A stretch of DNA of 64,000 nt from contig OZ059898.1 in assembly GCA_964057225.1 (NCBI GenBank), forward strand, positions 13,144,001 to 13,208,000. The letters are read 5' to 3'. This document shows positions 29,325 through 42,878 of the stretch, piece by piece. Source of the DNA: Auanema rhodensis (Eukaryota > Animalia > Nematoda). A program made the position numbers and the translations under genes. Position 1 is the first letter of the stretch, and the number at the start of each line of letters is the position of its first letter. Below the pieces are notes generated by a model. It ran no database searches. It had not been told where the DNA came from and was given only the letters and a program-made list of their open reading frames with translations.

Positions 29325-32300
29325 ATACAATTTGTGTATCTATGAGCATTTTGACGGACGAGAAGCTGAAGACCATCGTCCAGAAACCGGAACACATTCC
29401 GGAATTGCTTATATCATTTTTCCGTTAGCTCCTGTCTTTAAGTCCAATACACTAGCTATTGTATGTATATTAGTCGCAAACGATTGACGACTTATTAATT
29501 TGACGGCTTCAAACCGGTGTTAGATGAAAATGAGCATTTTTGATCAGGCTTTTTGTTAAATTATCGAATAATTTGAAAAGCTTGATTTATGCTTGAGTAA
29601 GGGTACAATTTAAACATAAATCTTAAAAATTATGAGGAAAATAAGCAACATGAAACATACCAATGACTAGATATACTTGACCCGAAACATCTTGTGCACG
29701 CACTTCTTCATTCAAATTTCATTTTTGCTTTTAAAGTCATGGGAAGCGGTTGTTCTCAAATTATTATAATGATTGGTAATATGCTAATGATGATTATGTT
29801 ATTTCAGGATCAAGCAAAGGAAGTTCTTAATAAGCTTATTGATGGATCAATTGATGATGAAATATGGGGAAAAATTGTTATTATGGAAAGGTAAAAAAGA
29901 AAGAATATTTCCTGTTATATTAAGTGTTATTCCTGCATTTACTGATGACGTATCTTTTGTCAAACATGCTGAATCATAGGTCTTTCTTTGATTTTGCCTG
30001 TTTATTTTTTGACCAAAAAAAAGTGTTCGACGAGAATTGACGAATGACGACTGAACAGTGATTTTTTATGATTTTTTTTAGATGTAAACGTGTTGCAAAG
30101 GCATATTTGCGTAAAACTACAGTGATCATTGATGGTTCAGAAGATGAATTTGATGGTAAAACATTAGGTTTTAATCATTTTGATAATCCGGAGAGAGATG
30201 AACATACATCTGAGATTCGAAGTAAAATAGGAGATGTACGTCCTTGATATCATATCTCATTATCTGTTGTTAACAAATTGCTTATAGGGAGTTATTTTGA
30301 AGATGGATCTTCAAGGAAATATTAAAGGAATGGCTAGAGGTAGTATGAACTTATCATCATTGTAATTACTTTAATATATAATGTTTAGGAGCAGCTCCAG
30401 TTATTACCCAAGGCTGGCGAAGTGATCGAACTAATTGTATTTCGGATCGCTTAATACGACAACAAGGTCGTCTAAATTCTGGTGAAGAAGAGAAATCCTA
30501 TAAGGTATTAATTATTATTTATAAACATACATATATCTAATAATCTTATATTTATTTTAAGATTTTTGATATGAAAAAGTTCAAATACTGCTTGGAACGA
30601 GAGCTACATGATGGTATGCCAGATGCTAAATCTCTTTTACTTAAGACTTGTATACGAGTTGCTTTGGTTAAGGTATGATTTCATAGATGAAAATGAAAAT
30701 AATCATTTGAATACAGGAAGGATCAGAAATGTCACGTACTCCTTGTTGGTTTGCTATTGTTAATCTAGTTGCTCTGGATATGTTACGTGAAAAAGTTCCA
30801 AACATCAGAAAATTAGGTATATTTAAACATTTAAATGAATTTTTATGAAAAGTTATAGTTAAAGTGGATAGTATGCCTGGAATGAGTTCAGCCTTATCAA
30901 CTTCAACATTAGCTCCATCAGGTCATAGCTCATCAGCAATCTCACAAGAAGCTTTGACCCAGATCATTGCTGCTGCTGTCAGTCAAGTTAATACAGGGTT
31001 TGATCAAGTAACTGTGATACTTTCAAATTATAATGCTTCAGACGATTACCAGTTACACCAGGAGAAATAGCTCAGTTAGCTAGTACATTGAATATGTCAA
31101 CTCTCAATGAAACTATTAGCAAATCAATAAGAACGTATGTTTATAATTTAATTATTTCAACGTTTTATTCAACTCTTTGTTTCAGAAATGATTTACCAAA
31201 ACGAAAACACTATCATTGCTCTTCCTCTTCATTAGATTCTTCTGGAGATGACACCAAAAAAGGAGGCAGAAGGTATAGCTTTCTTCTTCTTCTTTTTTTT
31301 TGGAAAAAATCATTTTCTGTTGCAGATGGGATGCTCAACAAAAGATTCATGATAGCTTTTATGACAGTGGAATTGAAAAATCTCGAGAAAAAGAGGTTGG
31401 TTTAGATAAGTTTTTATCTCATAATATCCTAATTATTATAGAAGAAGAAGCCAGGAAGATCAACAACAGCTTGTAGACCACGTTTGAGTGATGTCATGTT
31501 TACAAGAAGTCATTCTATTACATCTGATTATGATTCAAATCGTGAAGTATTTGATTCTGGAAGTTGGAGTTCCACAAATAGTCGAGGTTTCAAGGTGAGA
31601 TTAGCTGAACAAAGATGCTCCTTGATAATTTTCACATATATGATAGATCTTTTCACTTTTTTCACTATATTTTGAAGAGCACCTTAAATATTTCACTTCA
31701 ACTATATCATATAAAATCAATATTTATCTTTATTTTTTTGAAATACTTCAAATTATTTTAGGCTTGCTCAACTTCTTCTTCATTGGCTTCTGAATCAGAA
31801 CATGCTCACTCAGCTACAGATGAGGAACGGCATCGTAGTTCCGAGATCGAGAGACTAGATAATTCTCGGCACATTTATGAAGAAAATATTTCACGAAGTC
31901 AAAAGCAGGATATGGATGAATCAATATATTCTGCGGGTAAATCAACTGATTATCTTGCTACAAATTATCAAAAATTGATTATAACTGATATGGATGATAA
32001 CAATATTGACATATATGTATACATTCCTTTAATAGTTTGAAATTAACTATATACTAATTATTAATTCAAATGGAATGATTATCTAATCTATACTTTCAGC
32101 TAATTCTAACAATGAGCACGTGCCTGTTGCACCACCTCACGAACGATCGACAACAGAAATTCACATCGGATTACCAAACTCAACAGCGCAAACGGAGAAA
32201 GCATCAGCTTCCTCCATATCACAAATCACAAAATCTGATAAAGCTAATTATGATGATGACGTTGATGATGAAGCAAATCATATTGAAAAATCAATAGCTG

Positions 32301-34419
32301 ATTCTACATCAACATCTTCACGCAAATTATCAAGTAGTGGAAACGTAGAACGAATACGAGAAGCTTTATCCAGACGATCATCAATAGAATTTAAAAATGA
32401 AAATTCAACAACTCAAGGTATTAACATTTATATTTTTTTAAATAATTACAATAACAAATATCAGAAATTTATTTAATTTTAATAATATTTTTCACATAAA
32501 ATAATAAATAACATAAAACATTTAAACACAAAAATACTAATTTTAGCTCTAAAATTAATTATTTTAATCTTTTCATTTAAGTTTATAAGCTTACCGTTCT
32601 GTTTAATTATATTTTTCTCTAAAAATTACTAAAAACAATTTAATTTTAATTACTAAAATATTAAAATATAATAACAACACTAAGTTTATGTGTTTTTTTT
32701 TGAACTAATAATGATATTTGCTAAGCTTTTATAAATGCTTTTATGTTTTTCTTATGTTTCCTTTTAGATTCACATCAACATGCAATGACAAAGTAAGTTG
32801 CATGGCTTTTACATCAGTTTCCATTTGAACATCGAGCCTTGAACGAACCAAAAGATGCAGCTTCTTTTGCTATTTTCTCAAATTCAAACTTTACTGCTTA
32901 TCAATCAGCATATGTGTATCCGCTTTTACCTTAGTTATATATCAAACCATTACCCTCATGCTTTATCTGCATAGCTTATAGTAACCTTTTTTGATTTTTC
33001 TAGCTTGAATGGCTCTATGATGCTACGGAACCATGAGGTAACGCTTTCTTAATGCAAGCCCTATATGCTTCTTCTTCTTCTTTTTCATTTGTTTTGTTAT
33101 CCTTTGTGTTTCGCATGTGATCTAGCAAGCACCTTCAGCATATTGACACTGTTTAGATGGTTTTGCTGTGATTGATGGAGTTAAACCTGGTTTGCATTGT
33201 ATATTTTCAACGAAATTCATACGCATGTCTACTAACCTCTAATCATATTTTGCAAATTAGATTTTACTCAAATACAGCACGAATTCAGATGAGCATGTGT
33301 TTTTTTAATTTCATACTGTAAGTCAGCTTCATTTATTTTAGCAGCCAATTTACGAGGGTCGCAGCTCGAAGATGGAAAGCCAAGTCATCTACGAGCAAGG
33401 AATGCAACAGCAACATCAGCTCCCCCGTCATCCAGCGGCAATGCAAAATTCAAACCTCCGAAACAACTCGAAGAACGGATCGTCAGTCTCCAGAAAGCCT
33501 TTCTTCAACGAGCTCAGACAAGTATTTAACTGAGCTTATCAGGTCTGCTAACTGATATGTTTTCAGGTATTACATCAAAGATCCGACCCTCCGATGCGAA
33601 GAGGTGCGAACTCCTCAAATGGAACAAACCAGAAACTCGGAGAGACGATCAACGAACCTTCCAACCTGGTCATCGGACGCAATCCAGAGCTGGGGAGAGA
33701 ACCCCACAGACAACAGCAGAAGCAACATCAACAACATCAGCAGCAACGGGCGATGGACTCAAAGCCCATGCCAACAGCGAAATGTCAGTCCGGTCGCCCA
33801 CTCTCGATCGGAAACACCAACACTTGCGTCAACAACTCAATGGAATACAGCAGCCGAGACGGGACAGCGGCTCTGTACGGTACCGTCAGCCATTATGGAC
33901 AGATTCCAGGACGAGGACTTCGAAGAACCAGTACCAATATTGCACACTACGCAGGCCAGCAACAGCAGCAGCAGTCCACGAATCAGCCTCAACATCCAGC
34001 CTATCGATACCGATATTCAGCTCATCCAACAACTCCACCATATCAAGCCAGCAACAGCAGTACCAACAATCAGCTTGGAACACCCAGCAGTTCTGGAACG
34101 CACGTCACCTGCATGGCACAGTCCGCCACAACCGCAGTCGGACCATCAGCGGTCGGAGCATCCCGATTATTCAACAGCAAAGCTTCAACACCAACATCCT
34201 CGGCAGCAGCAGCTCACCGACTTACAAGAACAGCCTCACTGCCTTGGACCGGATCCACTCCATACCAACCTACTCACCACCAGCAACATCAACAACAACA
34301 ACCTGTACCTCCAGCGCACAACTCCATCTCCCAATATCCGAGACGAAACATATAACTCGTCTGATGGTCGATTGAACTTAGATGAGATATTTGATGATTT
34401 GCCGTCATTGAGCGTCTAA
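26457..34419 (+). CDS. Expansion/Rebuf-family atypical Smad (MH2-domain) protein, C34E11.2-like, with three alternative-frame C-termini (stops at 34355, 34375, 34419)
   Basis: Exon 26457-26543 splices to 29808 and gives DTWFDVDSFLLDQAKEVLNKLIDGSIDDEIWGKIVIMERCKRVAKAY..IDGSEDEFDGKTLGFNHFDNPERD..KIFDMKKFK..TPCWFAIVNLVALDML. This matches the Drosophila Expansion/Rebuf MH2 pattern. Canonical introns continue in frame to 32417. Confidence 0.85.
32768..32792 (+). CDS. Cassette microexon A (25 nt, shifts phase 1 to 2)
   Basis: cttttag|ATTCACATCAACATGCAATGACAAA|gtaagt, followed by TGCATG. Confidence 0.8.
33004..33037 (+). CDS. Cassette microexon B (34 nt, shifts phase 2 to 0)
   Basis: tttttctag|CTTGAATGGCTCTATGATGCTACGGAACCATGAG|gtaacg; reads open when it follows exon A, but hits a stop without A. 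Confidence 0.75.
33157..33189 (+). CDS. Possible cassette microexon C (33 nt, phase 1-1; DGFAVIDGVKP)
   Basis: gtttag|ATGGTT...AAACCTG|gtttgc; open only in phase 1. Confidence 0.5.
33342..34419 (+). CDS. Triple-frame-open penultimate (33342-33521) and terminal (33567-) exons
   Basis: No TAA/TAG/TGA in any forward frame over 966 spliced nt. The 45-nt intron between them (33522-33566) contains stops. NAGNAG acceptor at 33341/33344. Confidence 0.85.
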
Positions 34420-35635
34420 CGCATGTGTCCAGTATCTGAATGTCCAAAGTTGATTCGAGTTCCAAAATCCGTAGTTGTGAATATTTTCCGAAATTTTTAA
34501 AAAGAAAACCTCGTAGAAAGCAACATTTGCAACGAAAGTTATTTATCGTTATATAATATATATCATATAGTATTTGTTTTTATCTTCAAATAACTTATTA
34601 TATACGATATAGTTAACTAGATATACTATATATTACTTATCTCGATTGTTCAATCATCATTTTGCTCAAGCTTTCAGCCCGTATATGCTCTTACAGCAGC
34701 TTGTTAAACCTACCAACTTTCACGATCATCTTTTAAATAATATCTACCGTAACACCCAAGTGAGTAGACGCACCGACCAAACCACAATTACGGAATTTCG
34801 CCTTTCAGCATTGTTTCAGCTCTGCCTTCTTTCTGTAATTATTTGAAATTACTTTGCTTTGCTTTTAGTAGGTACTTCTAGTACTCAACTAGAAACATTT
34901 CTATTCCCTCTCTCTCTCCCTCTCTCTCTCTCTCCTTCTCCCTCTCTCCCTCTCCTCTAGAATACAAAAACGTCCTATATTCCTTCACTATTACCTATCT
35001 TCTAATATCTGAATTAGTATTAACACCCTATTATATTCTATACATAAAAATTATTTTCAAATCCATTTATCCGTCTTCTCTTTATATTTTTTTTAAATTT
35101 CGAAATATATTCCTAAACCTGTATCATAGGCCGGTTAAGAATGTTATTATATTTCTTTCGTATGCTTATCTGATATGTTCAAATGCTTTTTCTTTCAAAT
35201 TTTCTTTTTACATACATGTTTTCTTCTCCTAACATCAGAGGAAAATCTTTTTTTTTTTGTTTTTACTTTGTCTGTATATATGGTTCTTCTAATCTATATA
35301 TGTATATTTTATATAATTCATTATAATACTTGTAGAAATAATCATTGTTTTAATAAATATTTCGTTTAATTATCTATTTTAACTAATAATATATTTAAGA
35401 ATATTATTTTATCTTTAAAAGTTTCGTATTATCGATTGAAATTTAAAATATTTATATATGAGATAGCACGTCAAAAAAAATTTTGAATTTCTTTTCCCTG
35501 TTCATCATCGTGCGGTCGGTTTAGCATTCCATTTTCTACCGTTTTTTTTTTGATGTTCAACATCAAAATTCTCAAATATCAATTTGTTTTCTTTTTATTT
35601 CTTTTAATTATTTGATTTTAATTAGAATTAATTTA

Positions 35636-35666
<31 letters not shown>

Positions 35667-38620
35667 AAGAATTAATAATAAAATATTGTCTAAAGACATT
35701 ATGATGTAGATTATATATTGAATGTAATCTGATACGATTAATTTAAATTTAAAAAAAAAGAAATAATAAGATGAAGAACATATTGAACAGTTAAATGGAC
35801 GTCAATTTTAGAAATGGAAAATGAAAACAGGAACACTTATCGGATACTAAAATAACACTGAGTTCGTTTAATAGAAAACAAACAGTTAGATGACACCTTT
35901 TGAATCGAATGCTCTTTCTCTCTCATACTCTCTCTCTCTCTCTCTCCTTTTCTCATGTGTTTTCTATTTCAATCTAAATGTTTCTGCCATCAATTTCTCT
36001 CCCTCTCTTTACTCTCTTTTTCGCTCTCTCATTCTCCCCCTCTCTTTCTTTCACTTTTTAAGATTTTAACCTTTTTGGTCTTAGAAGAGAAGAAAAAAAA
36101 GAAACATTTATCATGAACATGCATACTATATCAGATCACTTAAACAAATATAACCAAACAACAAAGATTATCAGTCAAGTATCATCGGCTTTTTGATCCA
36201 AAAAAACCGGATAGTCTGGTTTTCAATTTCAATAAAGAGGTGCAGCATGCTCATCCATTTATCTTATGAACTATCTTATCTCAGCCCTTTTCCATCTATA
36301 TTTATGCTTATTTTCATTATTTTAAACCATTTATTCTCTACTTGAAACTTGAAAATACCTAAGAATCAAATCCTTTTTTTTGTATTGAACCTGTTGTCGA
36401 TGTGTTTTTCTGTATTTCAATGAACATGCTGTCGGTAAAAGCACAGAATAGGGAGAGGCATGACGGTCTATGTAACTATGTTTACCGGAAGGCGACCAAC
36501 ATCTATTCACTGGCTATAGATGGAAAACGATGTGTTCATCGAAGACAGAACAGATTAACATGAACGAACTACTTAACCACATATACACACATACCCACAA
36601 ACACAGAGGCAGACAGTGACCATCGTCTTTTCCATCTGAATCTCTTCCGTTCACAGTACCTTTTTGTCGTTTTCTGATTTGTCACATGCATTTTCAGTGC
36701 CGGTTATTCCGATTCGCCTTTGTTCAACGACGGATTAGGCGATGTTGGCCGGCGTTGTCGTTCGGCTTTGTTTCTCTGAGACGACGACGGCGACAACGAC
36801 AATTCAATACAGCGAGGTGTCGACGACTACGTATGAATACAGTGAGAGAAATAGAGAAAGAAACAAGAAGACGATGATGAAGATGAAGATGAAGACGATT
36901 GGAAGTTGAGAACAGAGTGTCAGACGGTCTGCAGGTAGTCAAATTCTAGCTCTCGTTTGCAAACTCGACTGTTTGACCAGAGTAGCCGTTAGTGAAACAA
37001 CTATCTGGCTTCTCCGTCATCAACATCTTCATCATCTCATTCAGTTTCTCATCCCGCACTTTTCCACACAGTTTGCCAGAGCAAGCTGTGACGAATGAGA
37101 ACAAGGAAACCCATTTCCAGCCTGTGTTACTACCATATACAGTGCATCTGATGAATTCCCAATAAACGATTCCTATTGTATTGCAATCTAAGTTATTCTA
37201 ACTTTTATTTTTTCTGTGTCAAATCTACTTTAGAACAGATCATAGGATGGATTTGTCTCTCCGTTTTTCAATTTTACTTGAAAAGATCATAATCTAAAAA
37301 GCGCTCTATTTCCTTCATTTCGTTAAGATTTTGAAAAAATTCAGACGATTCAAACCATTTTTTTTGTTTATTCTTACTTTAACGATATGAACTCAAATAG
37401 TTGAATAAATAAACAAAATAGATTAGTATGTTTAATTGTTCCAAATTCCCATTGATTTGTGAAAATACTAAAGTTCATACTTGTAGTTTACTCTCTATTC
37501 ATCCTTTTCTCTCTCTCCCTCTCTCACATTCTCTTATTGTTTTTCTCATATCTCAGTCTTTCAAAATTTCTAAACTTCAATTTGATGATGTTTTGATTCT
37601 CATTGTCAGAATATATTCTTTGTCAAATTTTACTATATTAACTATATTAACTATACATTTTCCATTTTATTTAAAAATTATTTTTCTCCAATCTGTTATC
37701 TTTAGTCTTGAATTGAATATTAGCTTTCACTGTGCTCTATCAAAAATAGACAATGAGATAGTTTATACGATATAGTTTATAAAATAGAATGGTAATATGA
37801 AGAATTGTCTCGTTAATTTTGCTCAGAAGTCAACATCTCGTATCAATTAAAATTTGTCTGTGTCTCTTCTTATTGTTGATAAAAATCTGAAAGATCACTA
37901 GTACCTAGTCAGTCATTCCTTTCTATTCATCACTTTTTATTAAATTTTAATTATTATTCTGTATAGTTCCTTTTACTTTGTTTCTTATTTATGCTATTGA
38001 GCTTTATCTATTGAATTAATCAACGAATTATAGTTATTAATATCCTTTTTGTAGTTCCAGAAATTTTGTTTTTTTGGGACAAAACTTGCTTTCTCATGAT
38101 GAACATCTAATAAAACTTACAACTTGATACATCCAATTCATGTTTTACCTTTGCTCTCGCATCTCCAACTGCATACAACTGCAACTAAATGCTCGGAATT
38201 TTTAAAATGAAATTATTTCAAGAATGAACTATCTGATAACATATCTCTACTGGCTATTTTCTCTCTTGTTCTCTACCTTACTCTTCATTGTCTCTTTTCT
38301 GTCCCTCTCTCTCGATCTCTCTCTCTCTTTACCCTCTCTCCTTAACTTTATGGCTGGCTTCTAAATATTCTCATATAACTGTCTATTTCCATCTCTGCTA
38401 TATAGCAACTTTACGCATAATTTATCATATCATGAATAACATTTATCTTTTAATTTCCAAATTAGGAGATAGACTTCACGTATTAACACGTGGTTTCCTA
38501 GTGCCGCCTTGCTTGTCTACAGATGGATGCAATGACAAATACGTTGAAAACTTGTTTTCTTCGTCGATTTCAGACATCCAACTGTCTTTTAGATCAGTCT
38601 ATCTCCATCCCCCTTTAGTA

Positions 38621-38651
<31 letters not shown>

Positions 38652-38876
38652 GTATTTCCTTTAAAAGCTTCTTAATGTTTTCATCTATCGATAGCTGTAT
38701 TTCTAATCGTTGCCACGAAATGTATTTTAACAGGAAAATCAAACCATCTTATCATTTAATTCTCATGAACTATGTAATTTTTTGAAGTTAATCCAGTATG
38801 CTATTGCGTTCCTTTCTATAATTCGCAATAATTCTTTGTATTTTTATAATTTTATCGTTTACTTCTTTCAGTTGAA

Positions 38877-41183
<2,307 letters not shown>

Positions 41184-41566
41184 AGTCCTTGCCTCAAACT
41201 CAATTAAAAAAAACCGAGTAACATTCGACATGATCTAGTCCATTTTTTGTTATTTGTACATAGTTTTATTTTTATTAATTGTACACACATATATATGATT
41301 TTTATATATTTATTAGTAATTTTAATATTTTTTGTTAATTTTACTGTTTATTCCTGTTTTTTAAGGGATAATTTTACTTTCCATAATAAAATTTGTACAT
41401 AATTCTTTAAAAAAAAGAATAAATTGTATGTGAACATATAACAAATTTGAACAACTTAAACATATGAATCGAATATCGAGACTAAAACAATGGAATGAGA
41501 AAACAAAAGAGGACCTGGTGTTATGATACCCGATGAATGAGGCAGAGAGACTTGTGACTTCATTTG

Positions 41567-42561
41567 TTAATCTGTTTCATCTTCAGAAACATTATAAGCT
41601 TGTTGCAACATTTTAAAGAAGAAGTTTGTGTGACTTTCACAGTTTTCCAACTGTCTTTCAAGTCTTGAGAGATTAATAGAATCAGTCAGCTGTTTGGAAA
41701 TAATCAAATAAAGTTATTAGAAAGTTGAAAGTCTTACTTACCACAAGTGAATCAAAGAATTCTCTTGAAGTTATCGTTGTTACTTCGTTAGACCTGTAAA
41801 TAAATTTAAATTCGAAGAAAATAAAAATTCAATTTACATTGTATTATCCTGTCCAAAATATTTAATAAAACCATGATCATTAATGGCGCTTGTTTTCTTA
41901 ACTCTTATAGCCGATTCTATACGTTCTTTCAAAACACACTAAAAAAGTTGAATTACTAAAACTTAAGTTGTGAATATAAACTTACCCTAACAATGTTATT
42001 AATCAATTTTCCAGGATCACCAGATGGAAATTGAAATCCATGTTTGAGACAATTTAATATAAGAAGAGCATTAATGTTAAAAGCACTTGGAAGATGATCA
42101 TCCTAAATTAATATAAAATGATTATATCATAAGTTGGTTACAACTTACAGCCTTATTTAAACCTTTACGTATGGTTTGCTTGTTTTTTCGAGAATCATCA
42201 ATTATATCGTTCTAATCATAATATAGAATGTAAGTTGCAGATTGAATGACTTACCAAAGCACACATACTCATTAAGGTTGCAAAAAATTCATCGTGATCC
42301 TCTAAGGCTTCAAGTGGTAAAAGTTCAGAAATTTCTTTAGTGAATTGATTCACATTTGTATATCCCATAAGATATTTCTTTAGAAAATCAAAATATCTAA
42401 AATATCAGTTCAGAACATATTTTGTGATATTGTCAAAGCTACATTTCAGCTTGTTTTTCCTCTAATTTCTCAATTATTCTGTTCCAAACAGGCAACATCA
42501 AACCATACTCAGATGTGCTGAATAGGTTTGTCTCCCATCTAGTAAAGAAATCCAAAGCCAT
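41567..42561 (-). CDS. Uncharacterised ~210-aa protein (7 exons)
   Basis: catttcag|tagATG at 42561 (MALDFFTRWETNLFSTSEYG...). Canonical short introns keep the frame to ...VSEDETD* at 41567. Confidence 0.7.
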
Positions 42562-42878
42562 CTACTGAAATGTATTAGACAGTCAATACACATTGAACTG
42601 TTCCATTGATATATGCAAACTGTGGTTTTCGACACGTTTAGAAATAGAAACATAGAATAAGATTACGTTTATTATATATATCCCAGTAAAAAAGTACCAT
42701 AAACAGAGAGCTAAATACAGATTTTGCCAAGGAGATGAAATAGTAAAATCTAAAATAGAATTCTAACAAGTGAAATCAACGATAGTTTAGTGTTATGGTA
42801 TGTAAACGGACTAGCCGAAGACTTATTATAATCGAAAATATGAAAAAAAACTAGGAAAATGACATCAGAAGGTTGAAT

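Noticed and set aside
33318-33341. Strong gtaagt donor suggesting a fourth microexon
   Set aside because: It would leave a 24-nt intron, well below the ~40-nt minimum seen here.
33886-34083. Antisense ORF over the triple-open exon
   Set aside because: Short, low-complexity mirror of CAG/CAA-rich codons; the antisense strand has stops.
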